Shown: piece after piece, positions 37,681 through 46,905 of the stretch
How positions within the stretch are numbered: position 1 is the first letter of the stretch
Layout: each line of letters begins with the position of its first letter
Assembly (NCBI GenBank): GCA_052147975.1
Contig: JBKQJL010000083.1
Coordinates: 15,892 to 79,891 of the forward strand
Direction of reading: 5' to 3'
Source: Myxococcaceae bacterium
GTDB taxonomy: Bacteria; Myxococcota; Myxococcia; Myxococcales; Myxococcaceae
DNA: 64,000 bases
The notes under the pieces: model-generated
Database searches by the model: none
Told to the model about the DNA's origin: nothing
What the model saw: only the letters and a program-made list of their open reading frames with translations
Translations under genes and position numbers: made by a program

Positions 37681-38312
37681 AGGCGCCGCCGCCGCGCCTT
37701 GTGGCGTGCCTCGCCCTCGGGCTGGCCGGGTGCAACACGCTTCCACCCCCCATGGTGGGCTCGCCCGGCCCCGAGCTGGGCGACGCCCAAGCCAATGCCG
37801 AGTACCACGCGGTGCTGGACCACTACAGCGCGCAGCGGCAAATTTTCATCGGCTTTGACACCATCCTCTTCGGCGGGGTGACGTACGAGAGCCGAAGTTT
37901 TCGCGAGGCGCGCATCCGCCGAAAGGACGCCTTTCAAGCCCAGCCCCCGGAGCAGCTAGCCAGGGACTTGCAGGCAGTCGAGGCCGAGCCAGCGGACTTC
38001 TACGAGTTTACGGTGGGCGTCTACATGCAGAATCCCCGCTTCGACGACATTGGCCTGCCCACCAGCATCTGGCGGCTGGCCCTGGTGACGCCGGTGGGGG
38101 AAGTGGCCCCCGTCCTCGTCAAGCGCCTGGGCCACGCCACCATCAACACCCGGGCCTATTACCCGTACATGGGCGACTTCTGGACGGTGTACACGGTGCG
38201 CTTTCCACGGACGGTGGCCGAGCGCGCCCTGGTGCCTCCGGAGCTTCCCAGCTTCACCGTGCTTCTTGCCTCCTCGCTGGGCCGGGCCGAGTTTCCGCTG
38301 CCGACTCAGTAG
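37677..38312 (+). CDS. Hypothetical lipoprotein
   Basis: The GTG start overlaps the pyrE stop. The lipobox is VACLALGLAGCN. I recognise no domain, and the track ORF's upstream part overlaps pyrE in another frame. Confidence 0.55.
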   Translation: MKAPPPRLVACLALGLAGCNTLPPPMVGSPGPELGDAQANAEYHAVLDHYSAQRQIFIGFDTILFGGVTYESRSFREARIRRKDAFQAQPPEQLARDLQAVEAEPADFYEFTVGVYMQNPRFDDIGLPTSIWRLALVTPVGEVAPVLVKRLGHATINTRAYYPYMGDFWTVYTVRFPRTVAERALVPPELPSFTVLLASSLGRAEFPLPTQ

Positions 38313-38365
38313 GCTGTCTTCGCGTCCCGCCCCAAGCGACGCCCGCGGGCTGGCCACCGCCCTTG

Positions 38366-38917
38366 CTAGTGCGGGGCGCCGAGGGCATCCAAGAGTGCGT
38401 CCACCTCGGCGTGTGTCTTAAGCCTGGCCCTGTCCGTCGCGGAGAGAAAGCCGGCCTCGCGCGCAGCGTCCAGAAAGTGCAACAGCGGGGCGAAGTAGCC
38501 GTCCACGTCCAACAGGCCCACCGGCCTGGTGTGGAGGCCGAGCTGCTGCCAGGTGAGGGCTTCGAAGAGCTCGTCCAGCGTCCCGAAGCCCCCGGGCAGT
38601 GCGACGAAGGCCGCCGCCCGGGTCGCCATTTCCGCCTTGCGCTGGTGTAGCCCATTGGTGAGGACGAGCTCAGTGAGGCCGCGGTGCGCCACCTCCGCGC
38701 TGCTGAGGGCCTCGGGCAGCACCCCGGTGACGGGCGCGCCGGCGGCCAGGGCTGCCTCGGCCAGCTCGCCCATCAGCCCCACTTGGGCCCCGCCGTACAC
38801 AAGGCCCAGCCCACGGGCTCCAAGGCGCTCGCCCAGCTGCCGCGCGGCGGCGCGGTAGCGCGGGTGTGCGCCAGCCTTCGCCCCACAGAAGACGCACACG
38901 CTGAAGGCCCCTCTCAC
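38366..38917 (-). CDS. LOG family (TIGR00730) nucleotide 5'-monophosphate nucleosidase / cytokinin riboside phosphoribohydrolase-like
   Basis: It has VCVFCGAK, LVYGGAQVGLMG and the PGGxGTxxE motif (LPGGFGTLDELFE). GTG start at 38917. The 608-aa track ORF is a composite over several genes. Confidence 0.85.
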   Translation of the reverse strand: MRGAFSVCVFCGAKAGAHPRYRAAARQLGERLGARGLGLVYGGAQVGLMGELAEAALAAGAPVTGVLPEALSSAEVAHRGLTELVLTNGLHQRKAEMATRAAAFVALPGGFGTLDELFEALTWQQLGLHTRPVGLLDVDGYFAPLLHFLDAAREAGFLSATDRARLKTHAEVDALLDALGAPH

Positions 38918-39621
38918 GGTGGCGGAAGGCCCCCTGTGCTTCCGAGTAGGCCCACCGCCCCGGCGAGCACCAGCGCCAAAAGGGGCCACAGTTGGTTGAA
39001 GCGGTTGGGCCCGAGGCGAAGCAGGCCGCCACAGGCGAGCCCGGCGAGAAAGCCCCCGAGGTGCCCCTGCCAGCTCACCCCGGGCAACAGGCTGATGACG
39101 GCCACCTGCACCAGAAGCCATGCCAGGCTTTGCCGTCCCTGCCGGTTCACCACCGGAAGCAGCGCCCCCGCCCAGCCGAGAATGACGCCCGAGGCCCCCA
39201 CCGTCGGCAGGCGGAAGGCAAAGGCCAGCACCAGGGCGGCGCTGCCCAGCGCCGTGACGAGGGAGACGGCCACCATTCGCGGCGTCCCCAGCAGGCGCTC
39301 CACGGCGAAGCCCAAATTCACCACCACCATCATGTTGAAAAGAATGTGCAGGGGCCCGCCGTGCACCACCACCCACGTCAGCACGCGCCACCATTGCCCG
39401 GCTTGTACCGCCGGGCCGTAGAGCGCGAGGTTGTCCCCGCGCAGAAAGTCCGGCTCCACGCCGGACAGCTGCGCAAGAAACACGGCCACGCACACCGCAA
39501 TGAGGCCGGTGCAAAAAGGGGGGAGGGGACGGCGCCCGGCCGGTACTGCCGACGCCGCCGGCGGGGCCTCGGGCAGGGGCCCCGAAGCGGGGCCAAAGGC
39601 GTCGTCTCGGCGAAGAACCAT
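38914..39621 (-). CDS. Rhomboid family intramembrane serine protease
   Basis: 235-aa ORF with 6 TM segments. It has WRVLTWVVVHGGPLHILFNM, the catalytic GASGVILG and the downstream H in WQGHLGGFLAG. Confidence 0.85.
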   Translation of the reverse strand: MVLRRDDAFGPASGPLPEAPPAASAVPAGRRPLPPFCTGLIAVCVAVFLAQLSGVEPDFLRGDNLALYGPAVQAGQWWRVLTWVVVHGGPLHILFNMMVVVNLGFAVERLLGTPRMVAVSLVTALGSAALVLAFAFRLPTVGASGVILGWAGALLPVVNRQGRQSLAWLLVQVAVISLLPGVSWQGHLGGFLAGLACGGLLRLGPNRFNQLWPLLALVLAGAVGLLGSTGGLPPP

Positions 39622-39633
39622 GGTGGGGCGCCC

Positions 39634-41223
39634 TTACAGCTCGCGAAAGACGACGGTGTCCTTGGCCCAGTTGTGGTCGTCGCGGTTGGGGTAGTCCAGG
39701 TTGTAGTGCAGTCCGCGGCTCTCCTTGCGCCGCGTGGCGCATTCCACAATGAGGTGCGCGACATCGGCAATGTTGCGCAGCTCGATGATGTCGCGCGTCA
39801 CTTTGAAGCGCCAGTAGTAGTCCCGAATCTCCTCCCGCAGCAGGTCTAGTCGCCGACGGGCCCGCATCAGCCGCTTGTCGCTGCGCACAATTCCGACGTA
39901 GTTCCACATCAACCGGCGGACTTCCTCCCAGTTGTGGGTGACGATGACGCTCTCGTTGGGGTCCACCGCGGCTCCGGGGTTCCACGCCGGAACGTCTTCC
40001 TCCAGAAAGCCGTGGCCCTTCACCTCTTCGACGGCCGCACGGGCGGCGCGGTGGCCGAACACCAGCCCCTCGAGGAGGGAGTTGGAGGCGAGCCGGTTGG
40101 CGCCGTGCAGCCCGGTCTGGGCCACCTCGCCGACGGCGTACAGCCCGGGGAGGGTGGTTCGCCCGTCCAAGTCCGTCACCGCACCGCCGCACTGGTAGTG
40201 CGCCGCCGGCACCACCGGAATGGGCTGGATGGCCATGTCCACGCCGAATTGCTTGCAGACTTCGTAAATGTTGGGGAAGCGCTCGATGAGGAAAGCGCGT
40301 CCCAGGTGCGTCATGTCCAAAAGGACGAAGTCATCTCCGGTGCGCTTCAGCTCGCTGTCGATGGCCTTGGCCACCACGTCCCTCGGGGCGAGCTCCTTGA
40401 GCGGGCTGTAGCGGTCCATGAAGGCGGCGCCGCTGCGCAGCCTGAGTCGGCCGCCCTCGCCTCGCAGCGCCTCGCTGATGAGGAAATTCTTCGCTTCTGG
40501 GCTGAAGAGGCAGGTGGGGTGAAACTGGTAAAACTCCATGTTGGCGATGTGGGCGCCGGCCCGGTAGGCCATGGCCACCCCGTCTCCCGTCGCCACGTCC
40601 GGGTTGGTGGTGTACAGGTACACCTTTCCCGCACCCCCGGTGGCCAGGACGACGACGCGGCCGAGGAAGGTCTCGATCTCGCCCGTCGGCAGCAGCACAT
40701 ACACGCCCAGCGCCCGAGGCGAAGCCCCGTGGCCCGAGCGACGCTGCAGCACCAAGTCGATGGCGGCGCTGTCGGAGACGAAGTGAATGTTGGGCCGGTC
40801 GTCGCAGGCGGCGAGCAGCACCCGTTCCACCTCGCGGCCAGTAATGTCCCCGCTGTGGACAATCCGCCGTCGGGAGTGGCCGCCCTCCCGGGTGAGGTCC
40901 CATTCCCCGTCGGGGAGCCGGTTGAAGTCGGCCCCCAAGGCCACCAGCTCCCGCACTCGGGCCGGCCCCTCCCGAACGGTGACTTCCACCGCATCTCGGT
41001 GGTTCAGCCCGCCCCCGGCCACGAAGGTGTCCTCCTCGTGCTGGGCGAAGGAGTCCCTTTCAGAGAGGACAGAGGCAATGCCGCCTTGCGCATACACCGT
41101 GTTGGACTCGCTCCGGCTGCGCTTGGTGAGTACACACACCGAGCCGCTTTGGCTGGCCTCGAGGGCGAAACTGAGCCCGGCGACACCACCGCCGACGACG
41201 AGGAAGTCGAAGCGCTGGGGCAT
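39634..41223 (-). CDS. nadB: L-aspartate oxidase
   Basis: FAD motif FDFLVVGGGVAGL, plus YAQGGIA, HPTC, RGEGG and the fumarate reductase/succinate dehydrogenase-like C-terminus RKESRGLHY. Confidence 0.93.
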   Translation of the reverse strand: MPQRFDFLVVGGGVAGLSFALEASQSGSVCVLTKRSRSESNTVYAQGGIASVLSERDSFAQHEEDTFVAGGGLNHRDAVEVTVREGPARVRELVALGADFNRLPDGEWDLTREGGHSRRRIVHSGDITGREVERVLLAACDDRPNIHFVSDSAAIDLVLQRRSGHGASPRALGVYVLLPTGEIETFLGRVVVLATGGAGKVYLYTTNPDVATGDGVAMAYRAGAHIANMEFYQFHPTCLFSPEAKNFLISEALRGEGGRLRLRSGAAFMDRYSPLKELAPRDVVAKAIDSELKRTGDDFVLLDMTHLGRAFLIERFPNIYEVCKQFGVDMAIQPIPVVPAAHYQCGGAVTDLDGRTTLPGLYAVGEVAQTGLHGANRLASNSLLEGLVFGHRAARAAVEEVKGHGFLEEDVPAWNPGAAVDPNESVIVTHNWEEVRRLMWNYVGIVRSDKRLMRARRRLDLLREEIRDYYWRFKVTRDIIELRNIADVAHLIVECATRRKESRGLHYNLDYPNRDDHNWAKDTVVFREL

Positions 41224-41315
41224 GCAACAGGCTCGTAATCTTCACAAGTCCTGGAAACAAGGCCCTTTCTTGAGGGGCCGCGGCGGGAGCGATAAGTTGG
41301 GAGCCCCCCGACTCT

Positions 41316-41954
41316 GTGCGTCCCTTCGTCCTTCTTCTTCTTGTGTCCGTCGCCGCCCCAGCTCGGGCCAGCGCCATTTACACGTACACCCTGAAGGACG
41401 GCACCATTGTGTACACCAACGTGCCGCCCGCCGGCGTGAAGGTGCGGAAGCTGGGACGAGAGGCCCGGAGTGCGCCGCAGAGCAGCGAGCTGGCAGCGCC
41501 GATGGTGATTGCCGACTCGCTCATTGAAGAGTGGATGGTTCGCGCCTCGAGCAAGTACCGCATTCCGCTTCCCCTGGTGCGCGCGGTAGTGCACGCCGAG
41601 AGCAACTATGACCGCTTCGCCGTCTCCGCCAAGGGGGCCAAAGGGCTGATGCAGCTCATGCCCGGCACCGCCAAGGACATGTACGTCCATGACATTTTCG
41701 ACGTGAAGGAGAACATTGACGGCGGCGTGCGTTACCTGCGTGTGCTGGCCAATGAGTTCGGCGGACAAATGGAGAAAATTCTCGCCGCCTACAACGCTGG
41801 CCCGGATGCGGTGCACCGCTTCGACGGCAACGTCCCTCCCTACGAGGAGACGCAAGCCTATGTGCGCAAAGTCCTGGCCCTCTACTTCAAGTACAAAGAC
41901 CAGGAGCAGGCCTCGGCCAGCTCGAGCTCGGCCGGGCATTCCTCATGGCAGTGA
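41316..41954 (+). CDS. Lytic transglycosylase (SLT domain) with a DUF4124-like N-terminus
   Basis: Signal peptide, then IYTYTLKDGTIVYTNVPP. The SLT catalytic region is present (VVHAESNYDRFAVSAKGAKGLMQLMPGTA ... AYNAGP). Confidence 0.85.
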   Translation: MRPFVLLLLVSVAAPARASAIYTYTLKDGTIVYTNVPPAGVKVRKLGREARSAPQSSELAAPMVIADSLIEEWMVRASSKYRIPLPLVRAVVHAESNYDRFAVSAKGAKGLMQLMPGTAKDMYVHDIFDVKENIDGGVRYLRVLANEFGGQMEKILAAYNAGPDAVHRFDGNVPPYEETQAYVRKVLALYFKYKDQEQASASSSSAGHSSWQ

Positions 41955-43426
41955 TTCCGGGGACGGGGGGAGACGACGCCTTTTTGACGCTGCTCTACCG
42001 GGGCGGCGAACTCTTGCAGGCCGGACAGCTGGAGGATGCTCGCTCCCAGCTGGAAGCCGCCTACCAGCTTCAGCCTGACAACGAGAAGGGCCAGAACCTC
42101 CTCGGCCTCGCCTACTTCAAGCTGGGGCACTTCGACCGGGCCGCTGAAATTTACGAGGGGCTGGTGCGCGAAAACGCGTCGGACCCCACGCTGCGCGTCA
42201 ACCTCGGGCTGGTGTACTTGAAGTCCGGGCAGCTTCCACGCGCCATCCGCGAATTCGAGCGAGCGGTCGAACTGGCGCCGGACCACGCCAAGGCCCACAA
42301 CTACCTCGGCCTCGCCCTGGCCCAAGCCGGCGAGTATGGGCGCGCCCGGGAGGCCTTCCTGCAGGCCGGCTCCGAGGTGATGGCCGAGAAAATGGCGCGT
42401 GCGCTCGCCGCGGACCGCGCGCCACGCCCACAGACACAAGCAGCACCGGCCGCGCTGACGCTGGCAGCCTCCAAGACGTTTGTCGGGATGGTGGCTGCCG
42501 CAGTCCCCGCTGTGCCCGAGCCACCCGCTGCGCCAGCGGCGCCGTCCGCGCGGCCCTACGACGCCATGCTGGCCCAAGGCCTCAGCGCCAATGCCCCAAC
42601 CGCCGCCTCCCGGGTGCCGCCTCCACCACCAGCCCCCATTCCGCTCGTCCTCGAGCAGCGCGTGACGCCGCCGGTGAGCCTGCCTGGCGACGGGCCGCTG
42701 GGCACGGCCGCCGCGCCAGCGGCCTACCAAGGCCCCGGGCCCTCCGAGGCCGAGCCGCCAGTGCCGCCCGGGGCTCCGCTTCCGGGCAGCGCCGAGCTGT
42801 CCGAGCTGGCCGCAAGTCTGCGCCTGGTGGGCGAGGGAGAAGCCTCTCCCTTTGCCGTCAGCGAGGACTCGGTGCTGGTGACAGTGCGCGGCGAGCTCAT
42901 CGTCCGCACCGCGGGGATGATTGGCTTCACCGGCTCTCTCGACTTTCGACCCGAATTCAAGCGCTTCCGGGGCCGCGTGACGGACCGGCCCTTCGGTGAA
43001 GCGTCCGAGAGGATGCAGCGCGTCCTCGGCACCGGTGCCGCGTGGGTGGCTCGCGAGGGCCGTCGCTTTCTCGCCGTCAGCCTCGGAGATGAGGGGGCAT
43101 ACCTTCGAGAGCCAATGGTGTTTGGCTTCGAGGAGCAGGTGAATTTCGAGAACGGGCGTGTCCCGTCGGACGTTGCGCCGGACCTGGACCTCGTCCACCT
43201 GGCAGGGGTGGGCCAGGTGCTGTTGAGCCTGCCCGGAGCACTGCGCTCCCTCGAGGTGCGGGCCGACGCTCCGGTCACGGTGCCGCTCGAGCACTGGGTG
43301 GGCTGGCAGGGGCAGATTGCTCCCCGGGTACTGGCCATGCCGTGGGACCACCCGCGGGGCGGGGCGGCCATCGCCGTGGAGCTCACCGGTGAAGGTTTCG
43401 CGCTGCTCTGCGTGGGAATGGGCTAA
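41945..43426 (+). CDS. TPR-repeat protein with an AIM24-like C-terminal beta domain (tentative)
   Basis: N-terminal TPR units (LGLAYFKLGHFDRAAEIYEGL, NLGLVYLKSGQLPRAIREFERAVELAP, NYLGLALAQAGEYGRAREAF), then a Pro/Ala linker. The C-terminal domain assignment is from memory only. Confidence 0.65.
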   Translation: MAVIPGTGGDDAFLTLLYRGGELLQAGQLEDARSQLEAAYQLQPDNEKGQNLLGLAYFKLGHFDRAAEIYEGLVRENASDPTLRVNLGLVYLKSGQLPRAIREFERAVELAPDHAKAHNYLGLALAQAGEYGRAREAFLQAGSEVMAEKMARALAADRAPRPQTQAAPAALTLAASKTFVGMVAAAVPAVPEPPAAPAAPSARPYDAMLAQGLSANAPTAASRVPPPPPAPIPLVLEQRVTPPVSLPGDGPLGTAAAPAAYQGPGPSEAEPPVPPGAPLPGSAELSELAASLRLVGEGEASPFAVSEDSVLVTVRGELIVRTAGMIGFTGSLDFRPEFKRFRGRVTDRPFGEASERMQRVLGTGAAWVAREGRRFLAVSLGDEGAYLREPMVFGFEEQVNFENGRVPSDVAPDLDLVHLAGVGQVLLSLPGALRSLEVRADAPVTVPLEHWVGWQGQIAPRVLAMPWDHPRGGAAIAVELTGEGFALLCVGMG

Positions 43427-43437
43427 ACCCCGCCCTC

Positions 43438-44118
43438 GTGGACCGGCGGACGCGCAAACAGCGCCGGCGCGAGGCGCGCCGAGCGCGCCAGGCAGCGCGC
43501 CATCCGAGCGTGCTGCTGAAGGAGTTGTGGACCCTCCCGAACATGCTCACGCTCGGAAGAATTGTCATCATCCCCTTCTTCATCTGGCTCACCTACAAGG
43601 CTGACCCGCTGGACAGCTTTCTCGCCGCCTTTCTCTTTACCCTCGCTGCGGTGACAGACGTCATCGATGGCGTGCTCGCCCGGCGGATGCACCTGGTCAC
43701 GGTGCTGGGGAAATTTCTCGACCCGCTCGCCGACAAACTCATCGTCATGGCGGCCCTCGTCATGCTGGTCCGGCTCGGCCGGGTGGCAGCGTGGGTCGTC
43801 ATTGTGCTTCTGGCACGCGAATTTCTAGTCACTGGGTTGCGGAGCATTGCCGCGTCCGAGGGGATGGTGATTGCTGCCGGCCAAGAAGGGAAGTGGAAGA
43901 CCAGCCTGCAGCTCACCGGCATCATCGCGCTGTGCGTGCACTACACGCACCCGCTTGATCTCATCTTCTGGACGTTTCCGGTCAACTACAACGCGGTGGG
44001 ACAGGTGCTCCTCTACATCTCGGTCTTCTTCAGCGTCTGGAGTGGGGTGGGCTACTTTCGTGCCTTTGGACAGATGCTCTCGCGCCGCGGCTCGTCGGCC
44101 GGCCCAGAGGGCGCTTGA
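43438..44118 (+). CDS. pgsA: CDP-diacylglycerol--glycerol-3-phosphate 3-phosphatidyltransferase
   Basis: The CDP-alcohol phosphatidyltransferase motif is spread over DVIDGVLARR ... GKFLDPLADKL, with multiple TM helices. The basic N-terminal 30 aa may or may not be translated. Confidence 0.88.
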   Translation: MDRRTRKQRRREARRARQAARHPSVLLKELWTLPNMLTLGRIVIIPFFIWLTYKADPLDSFLAAFLFTLAAVTDVIDGVLARRMHLVTVLGKFLDPLADKLIVMAALVMLVRLGRVAAWVVIVLLAREFLVTGLRSIAASEGMVIAAGQEGKWKTSLQLTGIIALCVHYTHPLDLIFWTFPVNYNAVGQVLLYISVFFSVWSGVGYFRAFGQMLSRRGSSAGPEGA

Positions 44119-44137
44119 CGTGCATGTCACCCGGCCG

Positions 44138-45523
44138 CTACAAGGCTCGGCGTTTCACCGTGCGGGAATAGCTCAGTGGTAGAGCATCGCCTTGCCAAGG
44201 CGAGGGTCGAGGGTTCAAATCCCTTTTCCCGCTCCTCCAAGCCTCGGTAACGCCGGGGCTTTTTTCTTGGTCCGCAGCTCCTGACTCCGCTTTCGCCGTT
44301 CCCGTCAACATCCTGTCAACAACGCGCTGCGGTACAAGGTGCCCAACCGCGATGGGCATGCTGTTCGCCGCCGCGCGCAGCCTCGTCTTCTCCACGTGCG
44401 TGTAGACCTCCGCCGTCAGCCTGGGGTCGCTGTGGCGAAGAATCTTCTGAGCTTCAGCGAGTGGCACGCCGGCGACGTTGAGCAGCGACGCCGTCGAGTG
44501 TCGCAAGTCGTGCCAGCGGACTGGCCGAACCTGAGCCTTCGGCCAGAGAAGAATTCCATGCGTCGGACACCGGCGAGGCGCGCGATCCGGATGCGCTTCC
44601 TCGTGCCGACACGGTTGACCCTTTCGCCCCCGACAGCGGTGCATGTAACCGAGGACAATGTCGGCACGGGCCAGGGCGCGCCGGAGGACGTGCTGCAGCT
44701 TGATGTCCACCTTCATCATCTTCCCATCAGTGCCTGGAAAGACCAGGTCACTCGGGGAACCGTCCATTGCCGCCTGGAGAAACGGCACGAGCGCTTCCGG
44801 AATCGGCAAGACGTCGCTGTGGCCGCCTTTCGTCGTCGTCCGCCCCCAGCTCGCCTCCACCGCTAGTTCTCGCCGCTCGAGGTCGACAGACGTCTTTCGT
44901 AAGGCAGCGAGTTCACCGCGACGAAGCCCGAGGTACACGGCGCAGGCGAAGAGAGAGCGCCACCGGGGGTCCAAGGCTGCCATCACCGGCTCGACCTCCT
45001 CGGCGCGGAGGTAGTGGTGGGAGGCCCGCTTCGACTCCCTCCGGTGGTCCGTGTCCTGCGCCGGATTCTTTCCCGTCCAGCGGCCAGCTTTTCGCGCTCG
45101 ATTGAAGACCGTGATGAGGGCGCGTCGGAGCTTGTTGACGGTGGCTGGAGAGAGGTCTGAGAGCTTCGCCTGCAAGAAGGCCTCGATTCTCCCGGTGGTT
45201 ACCTGTGAGAGACGGAGCTCACCAAGGTTGCCTCCGACGAGATGCTTACGGGCGGCCGCTCCGGTCTTCCCTGCCCATGCATGCTGCGAGACGTACGTGT
45301 TGAGCCACCACTCGACAAGTTCGCCGAGCGTCTCGTTGCGTGGCGCCGCCGTCTCTCCGTTGCGAATACGTTCCGCTTCTTGCTCGGCTTGGGCGGCGAG
45401 CCGTTTCGCTTGCAGCTTTGACGTCCCCGGCTCTGTCGGGCGCTGAACCTGTTTCCCGGTGTGCCCCAAGAAGCTGATGTACCAGCGCCCCGGACGTTCG
45501 GGCCTCTCGAAGACGTACGCCAT
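44138..45523 (-). CDS. Tyrosine-type site-specific integrase; its 3' end reads antisense through tRNA-Gly (hybrid junction ORF)
   Basis: Catalytic residues are present: R in YLGLRRGEL, HxxR in WHDLRHS, and H..Y in LRHSDPRLTAEVYTHV (Tyr at aa 374). Amino acids 431-454 (SGKRDLNPRPSPWQGDALPLSYSR) are the antisense translation of the tRNA. The stop lies 22 nt beyond the tRNA 5' end. Confidence 0.9.
   Translation of the reverse strand: MAYVFERPERPGRWYISFLGHTGKQVQRPTEPGTSKLQAKRLAAQAEQEAERIRNGETAAPRNETLGELVEWWLNTYVSQHAWAGKTGAAARKHLVGGNLGELRLSQVTTGRIEAFLQAKLSDLSPATVNKLRRALITVFNRARKAGRWTGKNPAQDTDHRRESKRASHHYLRAEEVEPVMAALDPRWRSLFACAVYLGLRRGELAALRKTSVDLERRELAVEASWGRTTTKGGHSDVLPIPEALVPFLQAAMDGSPSDLVFPGTDGKMMKVDIKLQHVLRRALARADIVLGYMHRCRGRKGQPCRHEEAHPDRAPRRCPTHGILLWPKAQVRPVRWHDLRHSTASLLNVAGVPLAEAQKILRHSDPRLTAEVYTHVEKTRLRAAANSMPIAVGHLVPQRVVDRMLTGTAKAESGAADQEKSPGVTEAWRSGKRDLNPRPSPWQGDALPLSYSRTVKRRAL
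44162..44233 (+). tRNA. tRNA-Gly (anticodon GCC)
   Basis: Hand-folded cloverleaf. The acceptor stem GCGGGAA pairs with TTCCCGC. The D-arm is GCTC-AGTGGTA-GAGC. The anticodon arm is TCGCC-TTGCCAA-GGCGA, with GCC at positions 34-36. The T-arm is GAGGG-TTCAAAT-CCCTT, the discriminator is T, and CCA is not encoded. Confidence 0.92.
44241..44266 (+). terminator. Intrinsic terminator-like hairpin downstream of tRNA-Gly
   Basis: GCCTCGG-TAACG-CCGGGGC forms a 7-bp stem with one G-T wobble. It is followed directly by TTTTTTC. Confidence 0.6.
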
Positions 45524-45532
45524 ATGTCGAGC

Positions 45533-45745
45533 CTAGCCTTCCCTCGTGACGCTGCTGACAGAGGGGAGGTGGCCAGGACGCTGACGAAGCGCCCAGGCGC
45601 GAACCTCCTCAGGCACGAATCGTCTGCAGCGCCCGAACATGACGGAAGGCAGCTCGCCGCCCTGCGCTCGGAGCGACACCCACGACTTTGAGACCCCAAA
45701 GAAGCGCTGCACATCCTTCGTCGTCCAGAACGGCTCCGTGTTCAT
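45533..45745 (-). CDS. Excisionase / AlpA-type helix-turn-helix DNA-binding protein
   Basis: 70-aa ORF 9 nt upstream of the integrase. WTTKDVQRFFGVSKSWVSLRAQGGELPSVMFGRCRRFVPEEVRAW fits the excisionase-family HTH_17 pattern. Confidence 0.75.
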   Translation of the reverse strand: MNTEPFWTTKDVQRFFGVSKSWVSLRAQGGELPSVMFGRCRRFVPEEVRAWALRQRPGHLPSVSSVTREG

Positions 45746-45915
45746 GCCGCGCTCCTCTCGCGCGACCGCGGGACGGCCGGGAGGTAGCGCCCCTCGCGGC
45801 AGTTCGGCGTGGTCCTATGTTGGTCGCATTTGTATACGACATAGGTCCTGGCCACTGCAAGTGCTCGCAGTGCGGCCCGATTGGCGCAGCGATTGAAGGA
45901 CTGGATACGGTGCCT

Positions 45916-46827
45916 TCAAAGCAGGTTCATGTCGACCGGGAGCCCCGCGTCCTTCATCTCCCTCGCCAGTTTCAGTGGCCACGCTCCGTCATAGGGAGTG
46001 TAGACAACACCCAGGATGTCAGAGGGCAGGTCGACCACTCCGCGATGGAGCACGAAGACTTTTGAGCGACCAATTCGCCCGTAGAAGTATCCCAGCTCAA
46101 GGACGACGTTCTGTCGCGCTCTCTGCTTCGGTGTTGCGATCTTGTCCTTTGCCTCTCCCAAGTCGTCGTCCGTGAGAAGAACCACGGCAAACGCCACTTC
46201 CGCCGCGTGCTGCTCTAGCTTCTCGAAAATGAGCCTGCCCCGATTCGGCATCTCGTGAAGGATGATCGGCTCAAGCTTCAGCCGCTCGAGGAGCCGAGCA
46301 ACTTCCTGCTTCAGAGCGTTGTCGTGCCCATGGACGATAAACACCTTCCTCGACGCCAAGGCAGACGACGCGGGCGGCGTTCCTGTCTCGGGCTGAGTAG
46401 CGGGCGGTTCTCCGTAGAGATCTAGTTGCTCCAGGACACTCCGAAGGTTGTTGAGTTTTTGCTCCAGGCTCTTGCGAAGCGTGTCGTGCTGCAGGATGTC
46501 AGTGATCCCGCTCCCTGGCCCTCCGAACTCGTAATCGCCTGCATCGAAGACAACTGAAGCCGGTCCTGCGGTGTCGAAGGAGAATGCAGCGTTGGTATCG
46601 GTGAAGAGCTGCCGCAAAAGCTCCAAGTTCCTCGCGGACCAGCGGTCGTACTCGGCCTTGACGTTGTTCCGGGATTCGGGCGTGCTCGATTGACGCGCAC
46701 GGTTTAGTAGAGCCGCTCCGGAATCGACGCCAGCGGTCAGCTGTTTGCGCGCTTCTTCTCGTGAGCGGCGGAGCCTCGTAGGCTCCTCGTTTGCCACGGT
46801 GTCTCCTTTGCGCCCGCGTTTCGCCAT
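45916..46827 (-). CDS. TIR-like (CAP12/PycTIR-type, COG4271-like) nucleotide-binding domain protein with an uncharacterised helical N-terminal domain
   Basis: The C-terminal ~150 aa carries KVFIVHGHD, EPIILHE, FAVVLLTDDD and ARQNVVLELGYFYGRIGRSKVFVL. I recognise these as the hallmark strands of the bacterial TIR-like effector domain. The N-terminal ~135 aa is helical and has no domain I can name. Confidence 0.7.
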   Translation of the reverse strand: MAKRGRKGDTVANEEPTRLRRSREEARKQLTAGVDSGAALLNRARQSSTPESRNNVKAEYDRWSARNLELLRQLFTDTNAAFSFDTAGPASVVFDAGDYEFGGPGSGITDILQHDTLRKSLEQKLNNLRSVLEQLDLYGEPPATQPETGTPPASSALASRKVFIVHGHDNALKQEVARLLERLKLEPIILHEMPNRGRLIFEKLEQHAAEVAFAVVLLTDDDLGEAKDKIATPKQRARQNVVLELGYFYGRIGRSKVFVLHRGVVDLPSDILGVVYTPYDGAWPLKLAREMKDAGLPVDMNLL

Positions 46828-46905
46828 TTGCCCGAGGCTACTGCAAAAGCAGCCTTCGACCCGAGGGCGGCGCGGCGCGAGCAGTCGCCACCGGGGCAGC
46901 GGCCG

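Noticed and set aside
38366-40192. 608-aa minus-strand ORF spanning LOG, rhomboid and part of nadB
   Set aside because: Only the last 183 codons (from GTG 38917) give a LOG-family sequence. The upstream part is out-of-frame read-through over the rhomboid and nadB genes, which are clear in their own frames.
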